Position numbers and translations under genes: made by a program | Notes under the pieces: model-generated | Told to the model about the DNA's origin: nothing | The model's database searches: none | Seen by the model: the letters and a program-made list of their open reading frames with translations, nothing else | Part shown: in pieces, positions 12,651 through 25,005 of the stretch | Layout: every line of letters begins with the position of its first letter | How positions within the stretch are numbered: position 1 is the first letter of the stretch | Source: Eledone cirrhosa | Taxonomy: Eukaryota | Length of the DNA: 64,000 bases | Assembly: GCA_964016885.1 (NCBI GenBank) | Contig: OZ024750.1 | Span: 13,640,001-13,704,000, forward strand | Direction of reading: 5' to 3'

Positions 12651-13010
12651 ACAATGGTTTCTTACTTAGACACAAGACCAAGAATTTTGGAGTAGGAGAA
12701 AGTCGACTAAATGTCTTCAACAGGATGTTATATCGTCACTCAACATTCATCAAATGACAATAAATAACTTTATCCATTTTGGCCATTCCATATCTACAAT
12801 AAAAGATCAACTGAAACCTCATAGTCTGAGAGTTACTTCAGGATCTACCAAGGGACCGATTCCACTTCTTCAACACTGAATGAGAAACATTTCATAAATG
12901 AAGAACACATTCACAACATAAATAAATAAATATAAAAAAATAAAAGGAGCTAAAATAAAGAAAAAAAAAATCAGCAACTCTGATTCAACAGTTTATCTTA
13001 TCAGAGTAGC

Positions 13011-13046
<36 letters not shown>

Positions 13047-13715
13047 TACATACATACATACATACATACATACATACATACATACATACATGTACACATT
13101 CAGACAGGCATATATATATATATATATACGCACATTCTGCATTCTGACAGACACATATATATATATACACAGATATACATAGTCACACACATACACACAA
13201 AGACATACATATATATACACAGACAGAGTCACACACACACATAAAGACTTACTTATATACAGAGACATACATAAATCACACAGACAGAGTGAGACATACA
13301 TACATACATACATACATACATACACATATACACGCAGAGACATACATAGTCACAATGACAAATACATACACACACACATATATATATACACACATACAGA
13401 TGTACATACACACACACACAAAGACACAGACATACATAGTCATACGTAGACGTATATAAACAAACACACAGACAATACATATACACACACACAGGCATAG
13501 ACAGGCACACCAACAAGGTATTCCTCTAACAACCATGTATACACATGCATTCATGCACGAACACATAAATACTCATATAAGTCACATAACAACACAAACA
13601 CGTGAACAAGAGAAATACAGTGCTATTCAGCTGACACATATATTGTTTGTGGGATTTGAACACATGTATCGTCACACATATATATATATATGGTAGTGTG
13701 GACGTTAAACGATGA

Positions 13716-13777
<62 letters not shown>

Positions 13778-13906
13778 CTTCGCTTTCTTTCCTTCTTTCT
13801 TTTTATAACTGTCCCTAACATTTTTCACTACCAAATCAACTTTTTAAATGGAAGTTGAAGTTGTAAGGTATGTCAAATCTATCTATTTATAAGACTGTTT
13901 ATATTG

Positions 13907-13972
13907 TATTTTGTCTGATGAAGGCATACCATATTTTTAATATGATATCCCTGAAATATATATAGTGAAATA
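13907..13972 (+). ncRNA. Minimal type I hammerhead ribozyme motif (family A)
   Basis: TATTTTGT-CTGATGA(13915)-stem II AGGCATACCATAT..ATATGATATCCCT-GAAA(13953)-TATATA-TA-GTGAAATA; stem I with G.U pairs. Confidence 0.7.
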
Positions 13973-14013
13973 AATATGGTTTTATAAATATAGTTTCCAT
14001 TTATTTAATATCG

Positions 14014-14044
<31 letters not shown>

Positions 14045-14079
14045 TAGCGTGGACGTTAAACGATGATGATATATATATA

Positions 14080-14410
14080 TGGCTTAGTGGTTAGAGCATT
14101 GGCCTTGCAATCGAAAGGTTGTGAGTTCAATTCTCAGACCGGGTGATGTGTTGTTTCCTTGAGCAAGACACTTTATTTCACATTGCTCCAGTTTACTCAG
14201 CTGTAGAAATGAGATGATAGGGACTGGTGTCCCTATCATTCCACTGCAAAGTGGTCGTGGAGGTGCCACGGCAAAAAAGCACCCAGCACTCACTGTAAAT
14301 GAGGTTGGTGTTAGGAAGGGCATCCAGCTGTAGAAATCAAGCCAGAATCAGTTCCTGTCCCACCCTTGCAAGCAGGGAAAAGTGGACGTAAAATGATGAT
14401 GATGATGATG
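14080..14410 (+). mobile_element. Composite tRNA SINE: tRNA head, CORE-like domain, central domain, RTE 3' tail (ATG)n
   Basis: TGGCTTAGTGG A box, GAGTTCAATTC B box, CCTTGAGCAAGACACTT, GGAAGGGCATCCAGC, CCCTTGCAAGCAGGGAAAAGTGGACGTAAAATGATGAT; near-identical to 21396-21733 and 62978-63311. Confidence 0.9.
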
Positions 14411-14608
14411 ATTCTTATACTTTGGGAGGGTCATGTTGCCAATAAGAAACACACGCACCAGTTGCTTTCACTCCAATTTATTATAAATTAAAAATTTTTT
14501 TCAAAAAAGTTTTATTATTGGCAACATGACCCTCCCAAAGTATAACAATATCGGTTTCAACACACGTTTTCGGATAAAGAATCTTGCTAAACAAATTCAG
14601 AAACAAAA
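14411..14608 (+). mobile_element. Inverted-repeat remnant with unique tail (probable Penelope-like family D)
   Basis: 31-bp perfect inverted repeat 14415-14445/14515-14545, then a tail running into (TA)n; arm recurs at 17631-17665. Confidence 0.5.
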
Positions 14609-14669
14609 TATATATATATATATACAATTGATATTAAATAAATGGAAACTATATTTATAAAACCCTATT

Positions 14670-14731
14670 TATTCTGTTATATATATTTCAAGGGTACCAA
14701 AAATTTTGGTACGCTATCATCAGATAAAATA
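14670..14731 (-). ncRNA. Minimal type I hammerhead ribozyme motif (family A)
   Basis: Minus strand: TATTTTAT-CTGATGA-TAGCGTACCAAAATTTTTGGTACCCTT-GAAA-TATATA-TA-ACAGAATA. Confidence 0.65.
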
Positions 14732-14860
14732 CAAAATGTTTTATAAATATTTGACATGACCAAGGAGAATATACCTTAACGGTTCAAGTTATCCCTGGAA
14801 AGTGAAGGGAAGAGAGGAGAAAAAGTCAGATATTTCCAACAAATTAAATATCTCTTATAC

Positions 14861-14996
14861 ATATATATATATAATATAGAAATGGCTTCTACAGGACTAG
14901 AACTGTTTCATTCGAAGGATGGGCTTTCCTGATGATTTCCTTCAAATGAAACAGTTCTAGTCCTGTAGAAGCCATTTCTATATTATATATATATAT
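14861..14996 (+). mobile_element. Fold-back Penelope-like remnant (family B) containing a hammerhead motif at 14919-14975
   Basis: ~59-bp inverted arms; ATGGGCTTTC-CTGATGA-TTTCCTTCAAAT-GAAA-CAG-TTCTAGTC-CTG-TA-GAAGCCAT with GUA triplet. Confidence 0.75.
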
Positions 14997-15006
14997 ATAT
15001 ATATAT

Positions 15007-15221
15007 TAAAATAACAGATTAAAATTTAAGCAAAGAATCGCTGCTTTCACCCTTAACGGGATCTTCAGAAGATCCCGTTAAGGGTGAAAGCAGCGATTCT
15101 TTGCTTAAACTTTAATCTGTTATTTTAGTAAAATTTGCTCTACAGTTCCTATATATTTGATATATATTTATCCTTATCGAGCCCTCTTTGGATTTTAGCC
15201 TTCAAATTTATTATTATTACT
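15007..15221 (+). mobile_element. Fold-back Penelope-like remnant (family C)
   Basis: 60-bp near-perfect palindrome centred on 15067 plus ~95-bp tail, within (TA)n; same family as 25001-25356. Confidence 0.75.
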
Positions 15222-15924
15222 ATATATATATATATATTATTTCAGATTAATCACTTCATTTACACAGACAAGAAAACCATATACTCTCGCCTGTTTTCAA
15301 GTCCAGCACTCACAAGCGTGGGAGGGATCGTCCTCATGAGAACCATTTAACTTCAAATGCATTGACAATTGTCCCCCTTTCTTCTGCTGGAGACCACCAG
15401 AGGGCAATAGCTCCGGTGTTTTGCATAGCTATGATTTCTAAATGTTTATCCAGAAACATACCGTATTTCTTTAGAAATACTAAATTTCAATATATATATA
15501 TGCTATTCATGTGAATGTGTAGGGAGTGTATGTATGTGTGTAAAGAAAGGGAGAGAAAGAGATATGAACCATTACAATCCTTGTTTACAGATCAACAAAT
15601 CATTAGGTGTGCTATCCAGTTGTATTATTTATTTCAATTAAATTTCCACACTGGTTGCCATGGCCACCTCTAAACAAGTGAAGGGGCAGGTGTACTTTGA
15701 ATGATAATATAGGCACAGTTGGTATCACAATCCTGTCACAGATGTGACAGTTGATAAATAAGCCACTTGTATAGAATTTTGTTTCGTATTATCTCACATA
15801 ACCTAATTAACAGTTCTTCAGAAGAGATATAATCATAACCTATTTATCTCGGTGTTATACTAAAGTATAAAGAAAAAAACTAAATTCTTTCTTAACAAGA
15901 TCAGGTAATGAAATGCTTAAAATA

Positions 15925-16915
15925 GTAATAATTGTTTCTAACTTTTGGCACAAGGCCAGCAATTATCCCAGTTTATTACTGGTACTTTATTTTATCAACC
16001 CCCGTAAGGATGAAAGACAAAGTTAACCTCGGCGGGATTTGAACTCAAATCATAAAGGGAGGTAACTCTATGCTGCGCAGCATGGTGTCTGACGCTCTAC
16101 CGATACTGCATAATAAGAATAATAATTGTTTCTACTTTTGGCATTTGATCTCAGACCGTAAAGGGACATGACTTTATGCTGCAAAGCATGGCGTCCGACC
16201 CATTACCGACACTGAACAAGCCACAATAATAATGGTTTCTACTTTTGGCACAAGGCCAGCAATTATCCCAGTGTATTACTGGTACTTTATTTTATCGACC
16301 CCCGTAAGGATGAAAGGCAAAGTTAACCTCGGCGGGATAGTAGTAATGTTTTCTGATTTAAGCACAAGGCCAGCAATTTTGGGAGGAGGGGGAAATTCCA
16401 TTAAATCGAGCCAAGTGCATTACTGGTACTATATTTTATCAACCCTGTAAGGATGAAAGGCAAAGCTAACCTTGGTGGAATTTGAACTCAGAACATAAAG
16501 AGCCATAACTCTATGCTGCAAAGTATGTTGTCCAACCCTCTACTGATACTGCCAATCCACCACCTTTACCATCAACGATAATAATAATTGTTTCTACTTT
16601 TGGCACAAGGCCAGCAATTACCCAGTACATTACTGGTACTTTATTTTATCGACCCTGTAAGGATGAAAGGCAAAGTTAACCTGGGCGGGATTTGAACTCA
16701 CAATGATTTCTACTATAGGCACAAGGCCAGCAATTTGGGTGGAGGGAAAAGTCAATTAAATTGACCCCAGTGCATTACTGGTGCTTTATTTTATTGACCC
16801 TGTAAGGATGAAAAGGCAAAGCTGACCTCAGCGAGATTTGAACTCAGAATGTAAAGGGCCATAACTCTTTGCCATGAGCATAGTGTTCGACGCTCTACCA
16901 ATACTGCTAATTCAC
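15925..16915 (-). mobile_element. Head-to-tail cluster of about 6 full or partial Meta-domain SINEs
   Basis: Repeated TTTCTACTTTTGGCACAAGGCCAGCAATT...GGATGAAAGGCAAAG...GATTTGAACTCAG. Confidence 0.85.
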
Positions 16916-17283
16916 TGAAAATAATAATAATGAACACCACTGTCATTCAGTAATCCTTCTGAGGTCATTATAAACAAGCAGATATCACAAGTACTAGAAA
17001 GACATTAAGTGAGAATTCCATTCAGATTTCAGACTTGGTTTGTTAGCAACTTATCACTACTCTATAGTACTCACGTGATCAACTGAAATCATTTTCCTAT
17101 TGAAATACCATCAACCAATATCCTGTTATCTGTTCAAGTTGATTTAAAACATACAGACAGTCAAATCAGCTCTCAAATTTGTTTAGTTCCAGGTTAACTT
17201 TGATCAAACAGATCTATGATTGAAGCAATCCAGCCATAGCAATCACATCTTATTTTCAAACAATGTATCAAGAAGTACATTTT

Positions 17284-17512
17284 TTAACACTTTATTATTA
17301 AAACCGGCCGTATCTGGCCAGAATTCTCTCACCTCTTTCTGTTCAAACTGGCTGTAACTGGCCACTCATACTGATGTTAAGGTAGTGTTCTCAAAATAAA
17401 TAACATCAAAATCTCGTAGATTTAATATTATGTGAAATAATTATGTAAGATAAAGTCTTTACCACAAAAATACAATAGTATATATAGAGTAATGTAAATG
17501 TTAAAGGGTTAA
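17284..17512. mobile_element. TTAA MITE family 1
   Basis: Family sequence bounded by TTAA. Confidence 0.85.
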
Positions 17513-17904
17513 TACATCTATTAATTGGACTATTTGAACAATACCACTTGATTGGTCACCAATTATTTATAAGATAATTATGTATTATGATGTGAATATG
17601 TGTTTTAATTAATAGTAAATAATATATTATATTGGCAACATGACCCTCCCAAAGTATAACAATATATTATAATATAACACAATAATGGAATTACTATCTG
17701 AGAGCCCATGATGACAAAATTAGGTTGATTTTAGGAATTTAGATATATGAACCTGCAAGAAATTAGCTATGTTCTAAAAATTGAAAAATGGTGATGTTTT
17801 TATATTATAATCTATAAGTTCATTAATTTACTGATGTTCCGATCCAAAATGAAATGGAGCAACATAAATAAAATAAAGTGTCTTACTCAAGATCACAACA
17901 CTGA

Positions 17905-18195
17905 ATATAAGAGAATTTATATGTAATGTGGAAGAGAGAAGACTGCACTCATATGGACATATAATCCATATGGATGATGGCAGGTGGATAAAGAAGTGTC
18001 AGGCAATCCAACTGGAAGGAGGAAGAGGAAGACCAAGGAAGACATGGAAAGAAGTTGTGAAAACTAATCTCAGAAAGCTGAGCCTCACAAAGGAAATAGC
18101 AAAGAAACACCACAAGTGCGAAGATGTGGTGTTGGATAGGATCTATCTATCCCACACAAACAGAAAAACAGATGTAAAAATTATGATGATGATGT
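17905..18195 (+). mobile_element. RTE LINE 3' fragment ((ATG)n-tailed family)
   Basis: EERRLHSYGHIIHMDDGRWIKKCQ..GRGRPRKTWKEVVK, then ATG tail. Confidence 0.85.
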
Positions 18196-19359
18196 TCCAG
18201 TCATGATAATCCTGTCCTTATTTTTTTTCAAACATACTACATCTTATCTAGTACTACATTATGCAATGTGATCTTCCTTTCCCTTTAAAACAGTGGGGTG
18301 TAATTAAATAGAGATTTGTCTGTGACTTCTAGCAGTTTGAGTGATCACAAAGATTTCCTTAATGGATGTCCCTGCTGAAGAAATATCTCATAATGTGAAC
18401 TGGTGAAAGTTGTACAGTAATGTTTCTAAGGTGATGGGAGTTGTGGAGAGTTGGCAGGAATTGCTCCACATAACAAAAACAACAACAGATCAAAACTACA
18501 TAAGAACAAGAGATTAAATCAAAATAGCTTCAAGTGTATATATATCTCTTCTTTCATCATAGAAATAACTATGGCTTGGGCGAAAAGTGTATTTATTTTT
18601 AACATAGAGTAATCTAAAAATAAGTTCCGTCTAAAATAAAACAGTAATCTTTACAGCATCAGCTGTGATATCTTTTGTATGGAAATTAGACAGTTTTCTA
18701 GACAATTGAGAATGAAATCAAATAAAAACATTATTTATTGTTAGTATAGAAAAAGAAACAAAAATTATTTGATAGCAGACATTTTGATGAGAAACAAGGG
18801 AACCAGGGAAAGGATAAATCTAAAAATAGACTTTAGCTTCCCTGTTGTGTTAATATTAATCATGAATAGAAAATAGAGGGGCTTGTTAGATGTTTAATAA
18901 TATTGAGAGTAATTAATAGAAGAAGACTAAGGTAAGCATGAGGAAAAGAAATAAGGATAATTAATTGAGGGAGAGGAATAAGAAAGAAAGAAGCAAAAGA
19001 AGAAAAATTAATAGATGTGTAGACAGACAGAGTGTGTGTGTGGGGGGGGGGGGGTATTTCCACAAAAAAAGTTAATATCTCTCAACTGTTCAATATAATC
19101 ATTCAACAAAGTTAATGGTTGGACATTTTGTCTTCATATTTTTCTGTCTTGCTTCTCAGTCAGTCATAAACTAAGGGACATTGATACTCGAAATTGATGA
19201 AATTTAAAAGCAACGAATTGGCTGGTTACCCACCTGGAGTGGGGCTCTAAAGGGATCTACGACTGTATAGGGAAGCTACAGGTGAGCTGGGCTTTGAAGA
19301 AGATAATAAACCTTAGTATGGTCTGAATTGATTATCAGAAAACATTTTCTAGTATACTA

Positions 19360-19590
19360 TATCATCATCATCAACATCATTGTTTAATGTCCATCTTCCA
19401 TGTTAGCATGGGTTGGACGGGTTTGTCCCACTAGAGGCAAGATTGGTCAGGAGACCGTGTCTTGCTCGTACAGAACTGTTTCTGGCAGGTTTTCTACAGC
19501 TGGATGCTCTTCCTAACACCAACCGCATTCATAGTGTGGACTGGGAGCCTTTTTACCGTGTCACCTACACGACCACTTTACAGTGGACGG
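19360..19590 (-). mobile_element. RTE-tailed SINE 3' part
   Basis: (CAT)n, then CTACAGCTGGATGCTCTTCCTAACACCAAC. Confidence 0.75.
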
Positions 19591-20470
19591 AAATGGAGGG
19601 ATGGAGTAGGGGTGTGGGTGAGGGTGTATATTGATAAATATCCCCAATTCTCTCCCCCAAACATCAGTCCTGTGAAATTCCCTCCTCCCAGTCATTCTGA
19701 AGGGTTTTAAAAAGTTAGAAATAGTCACTTCACCAATTCCTTAATGAAATAAAAACTGTGTTAATTCTTTTTTTACTATCTTCTTTTCTTATGTCATTCT
19801 TCATTCTTCTCTCACTTCTTCTATCATGACACTTTATTTATTTATTTGTCCCCCACCCCAGTTATTCTTATTTTTAACTAAACAACTAAATTATAAGAAA
19901 CCATTGAATCCTATATATAATAAAGCACATGATCAATCTCCAACCACCTCCAACATCCCTCCACAACTTATTTTATATCCACATTTAATTGTTAGTGAAA
20001 TATACATACATACATACATACATGATGTATACATACATACATACAAACATGCATACATACATGCATACATACATACAAACATACATACACACACATACAC
20101 GAGATATATCTACACATACATACATGCATTCATACACACACACACAAGATATACATACATACCTATATACATACATGCATGCATACATACATACATATGA
20201 GATATACATTACATACATACATTCTTACATACACACATACATATATGCATCTATGCATATATACATACAATCATATGTATGAGATATAAATACATATTTT
20301 TATTTTTATTCTTTTATCATAAACATGTATGCCTCCAATCTATGATTCACCTTAATTATTCATTATAATAGACATAAATACCTGCAGGAAATAGCTGGCT
20401 AGCAATGGAATGTCAATGTGTTGTATAAAACTTAAACATTTAAATAAGACTCTTAAAATTTGTTTTCATT

Positions 20471-21115
20471 ATTGGATTGGCAGTATCGGTAGAGGGTCGG
20501 GCGCCATGCTTTGACGCATAGAGTTGCGGCCCTTGCCATTCTGAGTTCAAATCCCGCCGAGGTTAACTTTGCCTTTCATCCTTATGGGGTCGATAAAATA
20601 AAGTACCAGTAATACACTGGGTAATAGCTGGCCTTGTGCCAAAAAGGTAGAAACAATTATATAAAGCGATGGATGGGCAGAATCAGTAGAGGGCCGGACG
20701 CCATGCTTTAATGCATAGAGTTACGTACGGCCCTTGCCATTCTGAGTTCAAATCCTGCCGAGGTTAACTTTGCCTTTCATCCTTATGGGGTCAATAAAAT
20801 AAAGTACCAGTAATGTACTGGGGTAATTGCTGGCCTTGTGCCAAAAGTAGGAACAGTTATTTATCATAATGTTGTCAACAGTTACATGCAACTTTCTACT
20901 GCAACATTAGATGCACCTCTGCATTGCTGAGATGTGTATGTGGATGTGCACAACATTGTCTTCGATGGATTGTCAGTATCGGTAAAGCATCGGACACCCT
21001 GCTTCGCGGCATAGAGTTACGGCCCTTTGCGTTCTAACTTTGAATCCTGTTGAGGTTAAGGTTAGCTTTGCCCTTCATCCTTACAGGGGTTGATAAAATA
21101 AAGTACCAGTAATAC
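20471..21115 (+). mobile_element. Three Meta-domain SINEs (two in tandem 20471-20860, one at 20965-21115)
   Basis: Family head, B box and Meta domain in each. Confidence 0.85.
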
Positions 21116-21395
21116 ATCACTCTATATATATACTATTGTATTTTTGTGGTAAACACTTTATCTCACATAATTATCTCACATATCGAATCTACGAGATTTT
21201 GATGTTATTTATTTTGAGAACAATACCTTAACATAAGTATGAGCAACTGGTTACAGCCAGTTTGAACAGAAAGAGGTGAGAGAATTATGGCCGAATATAT
21301 ATATTACGTTCAAAGTTATAGAATCCATATTTGAGATAATCTCTCTCTCTGTATATATAACATTCAAAGTTATGTTTGAGATAATCTATCTATCA

Positions 21396-21733
21396 TCATT
21401 CATCATTTCATTTTACGTCCACTTTTCCCTGCTTGCAAGGGTGAGACAGGAACTGATTCTGGCTTGATTTCTACAGCTGGATGCCCTTCCTAACACCAAC
21501 CTCATTTACAGTGAGTGCTGGGTGCTTTTTTGCCGTGGCACCTCCACGACCACTTTGCAGTGGAATGATATGGACCCCAGTCCCTATCATCTCATTTCTA
21601 CAGCTGAGTAAACTGGAGCAATGTGAAATAAAGTGCCTTGCTCAAGGAAACAACACATCGCCCGGTCTGAGAATTGAACCCACAACCTTTCGATTGCAAG
21701 GCCAATGCTCTAACCACTAAGCTATGTGCCTCC
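21396..21733 (-). mobile_element. Composite tRNA/CORE-like/RTE-tail SINE, full length
   Basis: Reverse complement of 14080-14410. Confidence 0.9.
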
Positions 21734-22193
21734 TATATATAAATAATTAGACATATATAAAGTTTTAAAGAAAAATTCTTTTAGCTACAGAACCTATCTT
21801 TTCTTTTTTACTTTCTTTCTTATATATTCTATCAGCTTCAATAATTGTATTTGATTTGACTACAAAACAAAATTAGTCAGTGCCATTCCAAGGAACCTAC
21901 ACCAAGTTTAAGATAACAGAGAAAAAGAATGTTTTAGAAATACAATAAAAAAAATTATATTCATTTCTTTACTTTTTTTCTGTTTTGTTTTGTTAGTGGC
22001 TGGGTTCCTGGGTGGTTGGTTGGTTGGATGGTTGGGTTCTTGGGTAGTTAGATGGTTGGGTGGTTGGATATTTGGGTGCCTGTGTGGTTGGATATTTGGA
22101 TTCCAGGGTGGTTGGCTGTGTTCCTGGATGGTTGTGTAGTTGGTTGGTTGGGTGGTTAGGTAGGTGACTGGCTGGTTGGTTGATTGGATGTTG

Positions 22194-22224
<31 letters not shown>

Positions 22225-23744
22225 CTTATTGTGCAATACAAGTACAAAAAAACATTTTTACTTCAGACTTGAGAAATAAAATGTTTGGGAAACAAAACAA
22301 AGCCCCCATCACCACCATCACTCCCCACAAAAAATAAAATACCAGCACCATTCTTAGTTGGCCAACCAACATCATTTATTTTAGTGTTGTATTTTAGGGG
22401 CAATTCTTCCTCTCCCAGCTTTATTTACATATATTGGAGTAGGGGGTGTCCCCCTAGTTTACTTTCACCCTGTTCTTATCAGTTTATCTCCCTCTAGTTC
22501 TAGTCTTATCCAATTCAACTTATTTTTTCCTCCATAATAACCAAAGCTATGTAATTTACTAAGTTACCTTCTACCTGATCTACTTATTTTCTTTTTTAAA
22601 GAAAAAAGTATTTTATATCAAAATACTCAAGTATATTTCTAGCATAAAATTACATACAAATAATAAAGAACTTAATATTTAGTCAAACATAAAAATAGAA
22701 AGTAGTATTGGGAAAGACTATAAATGCTATAAATGTGAGGGAAAGGGTAAGACTTGTTAGGCAACAAAAGAAAGGGGGAAGGGTAACAGGATCTGCACTT
22801 AAGTCAGAACAGTGTTCAGCTACACCCCTGATTTTACTCTAATATTTGTTTTATTTCGTTTTGTTTTGTTGTTTTTTTTTGTATAGCTTCAACATTCAGA
22901 TAAGTCTACCTCCTACACAAAAATAAATTTTATGCCATGAAAATCAACAATGATACAGGCGCATAAGTATTTTCTTGTGTTTGCATGGTTTGTTTTTGAG
23001 AGCAATGCTTTTTTTTTTTAACTGTTGACTGCACTTTCTAACCACAACTGCAAAGTTGAAAACAGAGCAAAACAGAGCCTGTTTTCCCCAGTGCCCTTAG
23101 TCATGCACATTGGAGCATGTAAGTATGTAAAGTTACATAGCTTATCTGGGACAGAACACAATAGCTGTGATAGCAAAGTTTGAACTAATGGCTATGATTA
23201 ATAAGCCACCACCTTCAGCTCGGAGCCATTCAGCTTATTTTTCAAATTTATCGTATATACTCAAATATAAGCCGACCCTCCCCGCCATTTTATGTCTGAG
23301 AAATGGGCAAAAATCCAAAGCAGCTAATTAACATATGTTTAGATGGGGAATATAAGCCAACACACGCCCACACATTTTTTACCATCGATTTTTTTTTCAG
23401 GTTCTTTACATTCCAAGTTCAAATCTCGCCAAGATAAACTTTTCCTTTTATCCTTCTGGAGTAGATAAAATAAAGTACCAGTTATGTACTAGGGTTGATT
23501 TAATGGACTTTAACCTCCCAAATTTGCTAACCTTGTGCTTGAATTGAATCAATATTTTAAGGTTTAAAATGCATGGTGTTGTTTTAAAGGTAATAAGAAC
23601 AATGAGTAGCTCTACTGAACATAGTTCAAATATAGAGAAACAGTGGATTATTTGGGAAAATATGAGAATCTGAGGAAACTAGTGATGGTCTGCTTTGGCA
23701 ATAAACAGCAAATAATAAATTTATATGTGACGATGGGAGGTGCA

Positions 23745-23960
23745 GCTCTGATGTTTGAGACAGGGAGATGTCTGATGTTTGAGAGAGAGAGATGTCTGAG
23801 ACAGGGAGATGTCTGATGTTCGAGACAGAGAGATGTCTGATGTTTGAAAGAGAGAGATGTCTGAGACAGGGAGATGTCTGATGTTCGAGACAGAGAGATG
23901 TCTGATGTTTGAGACAGGGAGATGTTTGAGACAGAGAGATGTTTGAGACAGGGAGATGTG
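23745..23960. repeat. Minisatellite of ~18/25-bp units
   Basis: GAGACAGGGAGATGTCTGATGTTT variants. Confidence 0.85.
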
Positions 23961-24521
23961 TGACAATAAGAGATGGAGTTAGGGACTTTCCCAAAAATAA
24001 AACAAAAAAATGAAGAAAGTCTTTTAAAAAGTTTCTTTGAAAGAGGACAGAGGGCCCTGTCAGAAATATCAGACTTTCCATATGGCTTACCAACTCTACT
24101 TATGATAGGGGGATTTACAGTATCAGTAGAGTGTCAGACAAAATGCTTTGCAGCATATAGTTATGGCCCTTTACATTCTGAACTAAAAAATCCCACTGAG
24201 GTCAATTTTCCTTTCCTCTTTCTACAGTCAATAAAATAAAATACCAGTAAAGACCTAGGATTGGTATAATTGACTTTCCCCTCCCTTCAAACTGCTGGCC
24301 TTATGACTAAATAAAAAAAATCATTATCAAACCATATCTTTCAGTAAAATAACTGTTCACTCTGGGGTCAGAATTGTTCACCCAGGTAAGAGAAGGAGCC
24401 GAGGTAAGTCAGTTTGCATGGGTTTACAATTTTGAGGGAACTTACTCCTCTCAACTTCTAGATTTGATTTTATTTGATTTGATTTAGTACTGTTACTTTA
24501 AGTACATCATATACCATACAT

Positions 24522-24595
<74 letters not shown>

Positions 24596-24613
24596 ATAAT
24601 ATATATATATAAT

Positions 24614-24655
<42 letters not shown>

Positions 24656-24966
24656 CACCCTTGCAAGCAGGGAAAAGCGGACGTAAAATGATGATGATGA
24701 TGATATATATATATATATATATAGAGATATAGATATATAGACATAGATATAATAATAATAATAAAAATAATAATAATAGTAATAAATGAAAGATATATAC
24801 TTTAAATCATCTCTATTTATTTCATTGTGTATATTTCGAAGATGTAAAGTTTTATATATAACATAAAGCAAAACATGTCCTCCTCAGATAAATTACATAG
24901 AAAAATATATAATTTTTTCCTGATATGCTGATAGACAAATGAACTGGACAGATCGGTGACCACCAA

Positions 24967-25000
<34 letters not shown>

Positions 25001-25005
<5 letters not shown>

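Noticed and set aside
12780-12876. Possible minus-strand exon after TTTCTCATTCAG
   Set aside because: Stops within 12 codons in all frames and no recognisable protein
14084-14323. Three near-identical 79-aa ORFs (14084, 21481, 63059) resembling a gene family
   Set aside because: They are antisense readings of the same SINE
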